Below are positions 17,911 through 25,864 of a stretch of 44,810 nucleotides of DNA, piece after piece. The notes beneath the pieces are model-generated. The model did not search any database. It was not told where the DNA came from and worked only from the letters and a program-made list of their open reading frames with translations. How positions within the stretch are numbered: position 1 is the first letter of the stretch; each line of letters starts with the position of its first letter. Source of the stretch: a virus (taxonomy: Duplodnaviria; Caudoviricetes). The stretch is from IMG/VR virus record IMGVR_UViG_3300017658_000253, positions 1 to 44,810 of that record. One strand, 5' to 3'. The position numbers and the translations under genes are program-made.

Positions 17911-19008
17911 ATGCATGACCTGGCTCTACCTTCCTCCGGAAGCGATTCGGGAACCGGAGACGCATGCCTCCATGGCCTCTCGCTCTGCTCCGGCGCCGGT
18001 GGCATCGACCTCGGACTCACCATCGCCATCCCCGGATATCGAACTGTGGGCCATGTCGAACGGGAAACCTACGCCGCGGCCATTCTCGTGGCGCGGATGG
18101 AAGACGCGTCCCTGGATCGGGCTCCTGTCTGGGACGATGTTGCCACCTTCGACGGCCGACCTTGGCGCGGCGCGGTGGACGTCGTCACGGCGGGCTATCC
18201 GTGCCAGCCATTCTCCGTCGCGGGCAAACGCAGGGGCGCAGACGACCCGCGCCATCTCTGGCCCCATGTCGCCCGCATCATCGGCGAGATCGAGCCGCCC
18301 TTCGTCTTCCTCGAGAATGTCGCCCATCATCTCCGCCTCGGCTTCCCCGAAGTCGCCGCAGGACTGGTCGGCATGGGCTATCGCCTTGCGGCAGGCCTCT
18401 TCACGGCGGCGGAAGTCGGTGCGCCCCATCGGCGCGAGCGGCTCTTCATCCTCGCCACCCGCGAGGGCGACGAGCTGGCCGACCCCGCGCGCCTGCTCTG
18501 GCACCCGCTCGAGTGGCGGGAACCGGACGGAATTGCTGCGCCTCTGGCCGACGCCGAGGGCCAGCGCCAACGAGAACCGGCAGACGAAGCCGACGCCTTC
18601 GCAAGCGGCGGGTCAGCACGGGATGAACCTTGCGACGACGGCCGCGATGTGGCCGACGCCGATGGCAACCGACGGCAACAAGCCGAGCGCGGGCAATCGC
18701 CGCTCGGCCGATCTGACCCATTCGGCGGGCATGTGGATGACGCCGACGGCGCGGGATCACAAAGATGGGGCGACAACATTGGCGAATACGCCGGTGAACG
18801 GCCTGCTTGGCCGCCAGGTCCTGGTGACGCCGATGGCTGGGCGCGATACCTGCGTATCGCCCCGGACATTGAACCCGCTGTTCGTCGAGGCGCTGATGGG
18901 CTGGCCCACCGGGTGGACCGCCTTCGCCTCTGTGGCAACGGCGTGGTCCCGCTGGTTGCGGCGCATGCGCTGCGAACTTTGGCGGCTGAGCTTTTGGCCG
19001 GTGGCTGA
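17911..19008 (+). CDS. C5 cytosine DNA methyltransferase, catalytic chain lacking motif IX
   Basis: Motif I LSLCSGAGG, IV GYPCQPFS, VI ENV, VIII HRRERLF, X LCGNGVV. Confidence 0.9.
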   Translation: MHDLALPSSGSDSGTGDACLHGLSLCSGAGGIDLGLTIAIPGYRTVGHVERETYAAAILVARMEDASLDRAPVWDDVATFDGRPWRGAVDVVTAGYPCQPFSVAGKRRGADDPRHLWPHVARIIGEIEPPFVFLENVAHHLRLGFPEVAAGLVGMGYRLAAGLFTAAEVGAPHRRERLFILATREGDELADPARLLWHPLEWREPDGIAAPLADAEGQRQREPADEADAFASGGSARDEPCDDGRDVADADGNRRQQAERGQSPLGRSDPFGGHVDDADGAGSQRWGDNIGEYAGERPAWPPGPGDADGWARYLRIAPDIEPAVRRGADGLAHRVDRLRLCGNGVVPLVAAHALRTLAAELLAGG

Positions 19009-19063
19009 GGCGGCTGTTCGAGACGCTGCGGATCCGGCACAGCCCCGTCAGCAGGCAGGATGA
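17915..19063 (+). CDS. Overlapping +1-frame ORF: putative second chain of the C5 methyltransferase (WPTP repeats + motif IX)
   Basis: 382 open codons; W-x-T-P repeats; RTLNPLFVEALMGWPTGWT motif-IX-like segment; GAGG 6 nt before its ATG; the true start could be internal. Confidence 0.65.
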   Translation: MTWLYLPPEAIREPETHASMASRSAPAPVASTSDSPSPSPDIELWAMSNGKPTPRPFSWRGWKTRPWIGLLSGTMLPPSTADLGAARWTSSRRAIRASHSPSRANAGAQTTRAISGPMSPASSARSSRPSSSSRMSPIISASASPKSPQDWSAWAIALRQASSRRRKSVRPIGASGSSSSPPARATSWPTPRACSGTRSSGGNRTELLRLWPTPRASANENRQTKPTPSQAAGQHGMNLATTAAMWPTPMATDGNKPSAGNRRSADLTHSAGMWMTPTARDHKDGATTLANTPVNGLLGRQVLVTPMAGRDTCVSPRTLNPLFVEALMGWPTGWTAFASVATAWSRWLRRMRCELWRLSFWPVAEAAVRDAADPAQPRQQAG

Positions 19064-19269
19064 TCGGCGAGGACCGAGATCATCTCCTCGACCCATTCGG
19101 GATCCTCGCTGCGGAGCAGGACGGCAACGAGCAGTTGCACGTTGCGGGAGACGGGCGCCTCCGGATCCTTTTCGGACAGATAGAAGGTGAACTCACCGTC
19201 CTCGGTGACAACCAGCGCAGAGGCGCCTGCAGGGAGAACGCTGCCCTGATCGGTATGAATGTCGGTCAT
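19048..19269 (-). CDS. Small acidic hypothetical protein
   Basis: MTDIHTDQ start 4 nt after the stop of the upstream minus-strand ORF. Confidence 0.55.
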   Translation of the reverse strand: MTDIHTDQGSVLPAGASALVVTEDGEFTFYLSEKDPEAPVSRNVQLLVAVLLRSEDPEWVEEMISVLADHPAC

Positions 19270-19273
19270 GTCG

Positions 19274-19486
19274 TTACCAGTAATATGTATGAGGTTTGTG
19301 ATTGCCGAGATCCCAGACCAGGCGGTCGGCATCCGATCCTTTCAGCAGCCCGCGCAATTGCCGAGCGGCCCGCCGACGGCGCGGTCGGCTGTGATACAGG
19401 ATGTTCCAGTGTCCGGGCGTTCCGTTGGGGAATGCGCCGGTGCTGCGGCTCTTTATGCGGGGTTTCTTGCGCTTGTGATTCATCAT
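19274..19486 (-). CDS. Small basic hypothetical protein
   Basis: GGAG RBS; PGHWNILYHSRPRRR...KPHTYYW; atypical composition argues against a shadow ORF. Confidence 0.65.
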   Translation of the reverse strand: MMNHKRKKPRIKSRSTGAFPNGTPGHWNILYHSRPRRRRAARQLRGLLKGSDADRLVWDLGNHKPHTYYW

Positions 19487-19670
19487 TCTCGCTCCGGTGG
19501 ATTGCAGACATGCGAATGTCTGCGCCCGGAGGGGCGCGAATGAGGTGACAGCGATATGGGTCGGAAGTGGGATAATTTTTGCGAGGTCCGGATAGCACGA
19601 ACCGGCCCCAAGGTAAACGCCGCCCCTGTCAGGACGGCGACGAATGGTTCGGGGAAAGTTCCGCCTCGAG

Positions 19671-20249
19671 CTAGAGAAAGGCCCGATGCTGGCGGACGCG
19701 CGCGGCCAGTTTCGGCAGGCCCTTGGCGGTCAGGTCGAGCACGAATTCCGGCGGCGAGTAAGGCGGGTTCCTGTATTGCGCGCGCAGCTGCCGAAGCACG
19801 GCAAGAGCCTCGGCGGGATAGAGATCGAAGGTGCGGGACAGAAATTCGTCGGCATCGATTGCCTCGATGTCATAGGGTTCGAGCCGCTCTGCCGGGAAAT
19901 CCGCGAGATTGTCGGTGACGATATGCTGGGCACCACATTGAATGGCCGCCGCCAAAACATGGCGGTCGTCGGGATCGGGCAGATTCACGGCGCCAATAAG
20001 GGGCTCATGCCCCGTGACCAAGGCTTCGGGGAAATGCTCCTGCATGGCACGTTGCTGGGAGCGGACGCTGTCTTCGAGATGGGGCTTCTGAGCCAGAAGG
20101 TTCCGCGTCCATTCATCGAGGATCTGTTCCGACCAACGGGCTCGGAAAAGTCCGGCATGGTAGAAGCGCAGCAGAACGTCTCGCTTCCGGAAGGGAAACA
20201 GGACATTCGCATCGAGGAGAACGACGAAGCGGTCGGCAACGTGCTTCAC
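19671..20249 (-). CDS. PIN-domain (PIN_3/VapC-like) toxin
   Basis: VLLDANVL, ILDEW, PDPDDRHVLAAA, IVTDNLADF; GTGA overlap with antitoxin. Confidence 0.9.
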   Translation of the reverse strand: MKHVADRFVVLLDANVLFPFRKRDVLLRFYHAGLFRARWSEQILDEWTRNLLAQKPHLEDSVRSQQRAMQEHFPEALVTGHEPLIGAVNLPDPDDRHVLAAAIQCGAQHIVTDNLADFPAERLEPYDIEAIDADEFLSRTFDLYPAEALAVLRQLRAQYRNPPYSPPEFVLDLTAKGLPKLAARVRQHRAFL

Positions 20250-20701
20250 GAGGCGTCAAACTCCTGGCCCAGCCGGGCGAGATCGTCGAGCGCCGCGCTG
20301 CGCGCTGCATCGCGACGTTCCTTATAGGCCATCAGATCGGCATGCATGACGCGGCGATGAGAGCCCACGGGAATGAAGGGGATCTCGCCTTCCTTCAGCA
20401 GCTTGCTCAGATAGGGGCGCGAGACATTCAGGATATCGGCGGCCTGCTGGGTGGTCAGCATCGCCCCCGTTGGCACCAGAGTCACCATGTCGCCGCGTGC
20501 GACATGCCCCAGAAGATCGATCATCAGATCGGCGATGGCGGGCGCAAGCCGTACCGGTTCACCGTCATCACCCCGGATTTCCAGTGCGCCGTTCTCCGCA
20601 CGCGCCGTCGCCAGCGCCGTCGCGGCCTCGGCTGCGCTAGCGATTTCCTCACGCGTCGGCAGACGGTGGGTCAGGTCGATCACTTCGGCAGTGTTATCCA
20701 T
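20246..20701 (-). CDS. Excisionase-family HTH protein, putative antitoxin
   Basis: LTTQQAADILNVSRPYLSKLL..GEIPF..VGSHRRV; GGAGG RBS. Confidence 0.88.
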   Translation of the reverse strand: MDNTAEVIDLTHRLPTREEIASAAEAATALATARAENGALEIRGDDGEPVRLAPAIADLMIDLLGHVARGDMVTLVPTGAMLTTQQAADILNVSRPYLSKLLKEGEIPFIPVGSHRRVMHADLMAYKERRDAARSAALDDLARLGQEFDAS

Positions 20702-20796
20702 GTCGGCCTCCATCAGGTCAGTCTCATAGGGGTAGATAGCCACGCAGGCCTGCTCTCTCAAGTGAAATAACAGAAACAAGTGAAAAAAGCGTAACG

Positions 20797-20826
20797 GAAA
20801 ATGCCGCCCGAAGATTCCGGGCGGCG
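20797..20826 (-). terminator. Rho-independent terminator after the DUF3489 gene
   Basis: GCCGCCCG-stem hairpin followed by TTTT on the minus strand. Confidence 0.6.
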
Positions 20827-20843
20827 CTCGGTTTCGGGCGTGA

Positions 20844-21134
20844 TCAGGCTGGGAGGTGATACACCCTTCCGCGCCCCTCGACCTTCTCTGAGGTCACCTC
20901 CAACCCCAGCCGCTTCTTCAGCGCCCCGGCCATGGCTCCGCGCACGGTATTCGGCAGCCAGCCAGTGGCGGAGGCGAGTTCCTCGATGGTCGCGCCTTCC
21001 GGCGCGCGCAGCATGGTGATCAACACCGCCTGCTTGCTGCCCTCGCGCGGGCTGCGCGTCCTGGGCTCCGAGGCGGCAGGTCCGGCATCGATGTCTTTGG
21101 TTTTCACGATGGTGGGCAGCGTGAGTTTGGTCAT
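20844..21134 (-). CDS. DUF3489 winged-helix protein
   Basis: SKQAVLITMLRAPEGATIEEL...TGWLPNTVRGAMAGALKKRLG; GGAG RBS. Confidence 0.88.
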   Translation of the reverse strand: MTKLTLPTIVKTKDIDAGPAASEPRTRSPREGSKQAVLITMLRAPEGATIEELASATGWLPNTVRGAMAGALKKRLGLEVTSEKVEGRGRVYHLPA

Positions 21135-21229
21135 GGGATCGTCTCCAGTGGCAGGGCCGCGACCATCGCGGCCCTCCTACGACCCCGAGCCGCGCAGACG
21201 CGCGGCGGGAGCTCCGGAGGATCCGGAGA

Positions 21230-21499
21230 TCAGTCCGCGAATTCGCCTTCCCTGAAGGCACTGTCGGTGATCCGCTTCAGCAGGCTGGCATAATGCTCGA
21301 GACTGCCGACATCGCCCCAGGTCACCGCGTCGGGATGGATGTTGAAATGATCCCCGGTGAGAGCCTGCAGCCGGGCCAGCATGGCGTCGATCTCGGCCTT
21401 CTTGGCGATGAAAGCAGCAAGGGCTGCTTCATGGTTGCGACGCGCCTTCTCGGCGCGAAGCTCGTGGCGCGGCGTGGTGATCGGGTTCAGGCGGGTCAT
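21230..21499 (-). CDS. Phage hypothetical protein
   Basis: ALAAFIAKKAEIDAMLARLQAL..DHF...WGDVG; GGAG RBS. Confidence 0.8.
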   Translation of the reverse strand: MTRLNPITTPRHELRAEKARRNHEAALAAFIAKKAEIDAMLARLQALTGDHFNIHPDAVTWGDVGSLEHYASLLKRITDSAFREGEFAD

Positions 21500-21610
21500 C
21501 GTGGCGGCTCCGGGGTGAGTTGCATCGTCTCTCTGGATCGACGTTCCCTCTGTCCCCGCCGCTTATCAACTCCATAAACACCTGAATCTGAATGATAACC
21601 GGAGCACACC

Positions 21611-22171
21611 ATGCAGGGGCTGAGCGAGCGCCAATATGCCGCCCGCGTCGGCCTCTCGCGGGGCGCAATCCAGAAGGCCAAGGCCGCCGACCGGCTGGTG
21701 CTCTTTTCCGATGGCAGCATCAATGCCGAGGCGAGCGATTCCAGGCGCGCCGAGACAACCGATCCATCGAAGACCAGGACAGCACCGGCACCGAAGCTGA
21801 AACCGGTCCCTGAGGCTGCCGTCGCCTCGGTCGGGGAAACCCTGCGCGAACAGGGTCTGGCCGCGCCGCCTGTCGGCAGCGGGACCACCTTCCTGCAGGC
21901 CAAGACTGCGAACGAAGTGCTGAAGGCGCAGGAACGGCGGTTGCGGCTGCAAAAGCTGAAGGGCGAGCTGATCGACCGCGCCCGGGCGCTATCGCTGGTC
22001 TTCCGCCTCGCGCGGCAGGAACGCGATGTCTGGGTGAACTGGCCCGCCCGCGCCGCCGCTCTGATGGCCGCCGATCTGGGCGTCGAGCCCGCCATGATGC
22101 AAAAGGTTCTGGAAAACCATGTCCGCGCCCAACTCGACGATCTTGCCGAGGTCAAACCCGACCTCCGATGA
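21611..22171 (+). CDS. terS: Terminase small subunit
   Basis: N-terminal HTH LSERQYAARVGLSRGAIQKA, coiled coil ...KGELID (Nu1-like); directly upstream of gpA. Confidence 0.8.
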   Translation: MQGLSERQYAARVGLSRGAIQKAKAADRLVLFSDGSINAEASDSRRAETTDPSKTRTAPAPKLKPVPEAAVASVGETLREQGLAAPPVGSGTTFLQAKTANEVLKAQERRLRLQKLKGELIDRARALSLVFRLARQERDVWVNWPARAAALMAADLGVEPAMMQKVLENHVRAQLDDLAEVKPDLR

Positions 22172-24122
22172 TGCGGGTGACGCGGGCGATTTCGACGGCG
22201 CGGCGGAGATCCTGCGCGCCTGGTGTGCGGGCCTGACCCCGGATGCCGATCTGACCGTTTCGGAATGGGCCGATCGGCACCGGAAGCTCTCGGGCCGCGC
22301 CTCGGCCGAACCGGGGCGCTACCGCACCGCCCGCACGCCCTATATGCGCGAGATCATGGACCGGCTCTCCACCGGCGATCCGACGCAGCGCATCGTCTTC
22401 ATGAAGGCGGCGCAGGTAGGGGCGACCGAGGCCGGAAACAACTGGATCGGCTTTGCCATTCATCAGGCGCCGGGGCCGATGCTGGCGGTCCAGCCGACGG
22501 TCGATCTGGCCAAACGAAACTCGCGGCAGCGGATCGATCCGCTGATCGAGGAAAGCCCGGAACTGCGGGAACGGGTGAAACCGGCGCGGTCGCGCGATGC
22601 CGGCAATACCATGCTGTCGAAGGAATTCGCCGGCGGCATCCTGATCATGACCGGGGCCAATTCCGCCGTCGGGCTGCGCTCGACCCCGGCGCGCTACATC
22701 TTTCTCGACGAGGTCGATGCCTATCCGGCCTCGGCCGATGAGGAAGGCGATCCGGTCACACTGGCCGAGGCCCGCTCGCTGACCTTCGCCCATCGACGTA
22801 AGGTCTTCCTGGTCTCGACCCCGACCATCCGGGGGCTGAGCCGGATCGAGCGGGAGTACGAGGCAAGTGACCAGCGGCGCTATTTCGTGCCATGCCCGCA
22901 TTGCGGGGCGATGCAATGGCTGAAATTCGACCGGCTGCGCTGGCAGAAGGGTCACCCGGAAACGGCGGAATATCTCTGCGAGGGTTGCGAGACCCCTATC
23001 GCCGAACACCACAAGACCGCGATGCTGGAGGCTGGCGCATGGCGGGCGACCGCCAGCGCGGCCGATCCCTCGACCGTCGGCTATCACCTCTCGGCGCTCT
23101 ATTCGCCGATCGGCTGGCTCAGTTGGGAGCGGATCGTGCGGGCCTGGGATGCGGCGCAGGGCTCGGACGAGGCGATCAAGGCGTTTCGCAACACCATCCT
23201 CGGTGAGACATGGGTCGAAACCGACGAGGCGCCGGACTGGCAGCGGCTCTATGACCGCCGCGAGGCGTGGAAACCGGGTACCGTGCCCGCAGGCGGTTTG
23301 TTTCTGACCGCCGGGGCGGACGTGCAGAAGGACCGGATCGAGGTCGATATCTGGGCCTGGGGCCGTGGTCTCGAGAGCTGGCTCGTCGATCACATCGTCA
23401 TTGACGGCGGGCCGGATCGGTACGAGGCCTGGTCGGAACTGACGGTGCTTCTGGACCGGTCCTGGCCACATGAAAACGGCGCGCATCTGCGGATTGCGCG
23501 GCTTGCCATCGATACCGGCTATGAGGCACCCGCCGTCTATGCCTGGTCGCGCAAGACCGGCTTCGCGCAGGTCGCACCGGTCAAGGGTGTCGAGGGATTC
23601 AACCGCGCAAGCCCGGTCTCGGGTCCGACCTTCGTCGATGCGACCGAGGGCGGGAAAAGACTGCGGCGTGGGGCGCGGCTCTGGACCGTGGCGGTTTCCA
23701 CCTTCAAGGCCGAGACCTACCGCTTCCTGCGGCTGGAACGGCCGACCGAGGAGGAACGCGCCGAGGGTGCCGGGTTCCAGCCCGGCACGATCCATCTGCC
23801 GCATTGGATCGAAAGCGAATGGCTGAAGCAGTTCGTCGCCGAGCAGCTGGTAACCGTGCGCACCAAGCGCGGCTTCGCCCGGCTCGAATGGCAGAAGCTG
23901 CGCGAGCGCAACGAGGCGCTGGATTGCCGGGTCTATGCCCGCGCCGCCGCCTGGATCGCCGGTGCCGATCGCTGGCCCGACGAGAAATGGCGCGACCTCG
24001 AGGATCAACTCGGGACGCTGCCTGCCGACAATGACCCGGCTGGACAGGTTCACAGACAGATGGGCTCAGCCCCGAACAAGAGACAATCGGATTGGCTCGG
24101 CCGCCGGGGAGGATGGTTTTGA
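22119..24122 (+). CDS. terL: Terminase large subunit, lambda gpA family
   Basis: KAAQVGAT, LDEVD, VSTPT, CPHC, ADVQ, IDTG, NEALDCRVYA; start codon uncertain. Confidence 0.95.
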   Translation: MSAPNSTILPRSNPTSDDAGDAGDFDGAAEILRAWCAGLTPDADLTVSEWADRHRKLSGRASAEPGRYRTARTPYMREIMDRLSTGDPTQRIVFMKAAQVGATEAGNNWIGFAIHQAPGPMLAVQPTVDLAKRNSRQRIDPLIEESPELRERVKPARSRDAGNTMLSKEFAGGILIMTGANSAVGLRSTPARYIFLDEVDAYPASADEEGDPVTLAEARSLTFAHRRKVFLVSTPTIRGLSRIEREYEASDQRRYFVPCPHCGAMQWLKFDRLRWQKGHPETAEYLCEGCETPIAEHHKTAMLEAGAWRATASAADPSTVGYHLSALYSPIGWLSWERIVRAWDAAQGSDEAIKAFRNTILGETWVETDEAPDWQRLYDRREAWKPGTVPAGGLFLTAGADVQKDRIEVDIWAWGRGLESWLVDHIVIDGGPDRYEAWSELTVLLDRSWPHENGAHLRIARLAIDTGYEAPAVYAWSRKTGFAQVAPVKGVEGFNRASPVSGPTFVDATEGGKRLRRGARLWTVAVSTFKAETYRFLRLERPTEEERAEGAGFQPGTIHLPHWIESEWLKQFVAEQLVTVRTKRGFARLEWQKLRERNEALDCRVYARAAAWIAGADRWPDEKWRDLEDQLGTLPADNDPAGQVHRQMGSAPNKRQSDWLGRRGGWF

Positions 24123-24124
24123 TG

Positions 24125-24334
24125 ATGACGGGCTGGACGGAAACCGAACTCGCGGCCCTGCGCCGCGCCTATGCCAGCGGCACGACCCGGGTCAGCTACG
24201 ACGGCAAGTCGGTGGATTACGGCTCGGCCGAAGACCTGCTGGCCCGCATCCGTACCATCGAGCGCGCCATCGCCGGGACAACCCGACCGCTGCCGGTTTC
24301 CGGGCTCGCTGGCTTCTCGCGCGGGGATCGTTGA
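24125..24334 (+). CDS. Head-tail joining protein, gpW-like
   Basis: LAALRRAYASGTTRVSYDGKSVDY; lies between terminase and portal. Confidence 0.85.
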   Translation: MTGWTETELAALRRAYASGTTRVSYDGKSVDYGSAEDLLARIRTIERAIAGTTRPLPVSGLAGFSRGDR

Positions 24335-25860
24335 TGGCGGCGAATTGGATCGACTGGGCAATGGCGTCCATTGCCCCGCGCATGGCGGCGCGGCGCGTCA
24401 TGGCGCGGCAAGCCTTCGAGGGGCTGACCCGCGGCTATGATGGCGCTGCCAAAGGGCGCCGCACCGATGGCTGGCGGACAGGTGCCGCCTCGGCCGATAC
24501 CGAGATCGGCATCGCCGGGGCGCTCTTGCGCGACCGGATGCGCGATCTGGTGCGCAACAACCCGCACGCAGCCAAGGCCGTGGCGGTGCTGGTGAACAAC
24601 ATCATCGGCGCGGGGATCATGCCGCGCGCCGCCAGTGGCGACGACACGCTCGACCGGAAGGTCGACGCGCTGTTCGAGCGGTGGACGTCGGACTGCGATG
24701 CCGGCGGCCAGCTCGACTTCTACGGCCTGCAGACGCTGATCTGCCGCGAGATGGTCGAAGCGGGTGAAGTGCTGGTCCGTCGCCGTTTGCGGCGAGCGAC
24801 CGACGGCCTGGTCGTGCCGCTGCAGTTGCAGGTGCTGGAGGCCGACTTACTCGACGCCACCAAATCCGGCGCCCTCGGCGATGGCCGTCTGGTTCAGGGC
24901 ATCGAGTTCGACCCGGTCGGCAAGCGCCGGGCCTACTGGCTGCACGCCGAGCACCCGGGCGACGCCTACGGGGCCTTGCAGAACGGGTTGCAGAGCCGCC
25001 CGGTCCCGGCGACCGAGATCGCCCATGTCTATGAAAAGCAGCGCACGCAGGCGCGCGGCGTTCCCTGGGGCGCCCCGGTGATCCGCAGCTTGCGCGATCT
25101 CGACGATTACGAGGTCGCGGAACTGGTCCGGAAGAAGACTGAGGCCTGCGTCACCGCCATCGTCTTCGGCGACGACGAGGCGCAGCAGGGCATCGCGCCC
25201 TCCGTGGTGGACGCCGACGGCAACCGGGTCGAGCAGTTCGAGCCCGGGCTGATCGCCTATGCGCGCGGCGGCAAGGACATCCGGTTCAACCAGCCTTCCG
25301 CCACCGGCGGCTACGGCGAATACAAGCGTGCCAGTCTGCACACGATCTCGGCCGGATTCCGCGTGCCCTATGAGTTGCTGACCGGGGATCTCTCTCAGGT
25401 CAACTATTCCTCGATCCGGGCCGGGCTCGTCGAGTTCCGCCGCATGATCGATGCGGTGCAATGGCAGCTGTTCATTCCGATGCTCTGCATGCCGGTCTGG
25501 CGCTGGTTCACCGAAGCCGCATGGGCGGCCGGCCATATCCCGTCACCCCATGTGCCGGTCGAATGGTCGCCCCCGAAATTCGATGCGGTCGATCCTTACA
25601 AGGATGCGATGGCCGATCTGCTGGCGATCCGCTCGGGCACCATGACGCTGGCGCAGGCCATCGCCCGACAGGGCCACAATCCCGACGCGGTTCTGGCGGA
25701 GATCGCCGCGACCAATGCCCGGCTCGACGAGCTGGGGCTGGTTCTCGACAGCGATCCGCGCCGCGTCACCAAGACCGGCAGCGCGCAATCGACCGAGCCC
25801 GCCAACGATCCGCCCGACGACGATGCCGATCCGGCCGCAACCGATCCACAGGAGAAATAG
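24334..25860 (+). CDS. Portal protein, lambda family
   Basis: RDLVRNNP, RGVPW, LTGDLSQVNYSSIRAGL, VDPYKD. Confidence 0.95.
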   Translation: MAANWIDWAMASIAPRMAARRVMARQAFEGLTRGYDGAAKGRRTDGWRTGAASADTEIGIAGALLRDRMRDLVRNNPHAAKAVAVLVNNIIGAGIMPRAASGDDTLDRKVDALFERWTSDCDAGGQLDFYGLQTLICREMVEAGEVLVRRRLRRATDGLVVPLQLQVLEADLLDATKSGALGDGRLVQGIEFDPVGKRRAYWLHAEHPGDAYGALQNGLQSRPVPATEIAHVYEKQRTQARGVPWGAPVIRSLRDLDDYEVAELVRKKTEACVTAIVFGDDEAQQGIAPSVVDADGNRVEQFEPGLIAYARGGKDIRFNQPSATGGYGEYKRASLHTISAGFRVPYELLTGDLSQVNYSSIRAGLVEFRRMIDAVQWQLFIPMLCMPVWRWFTEAAWAAGHIPSPHVPVEWSPPKFDAVDPYKDAMADLLAIRSGTMTLAQAIARQGHNPDAVLAEIAATNARLDELGLVLDSDPRRVTKTGSAQSTEPANDPPDDDADPAATDPQEK

Positions 25861-25864
25861 GGCC

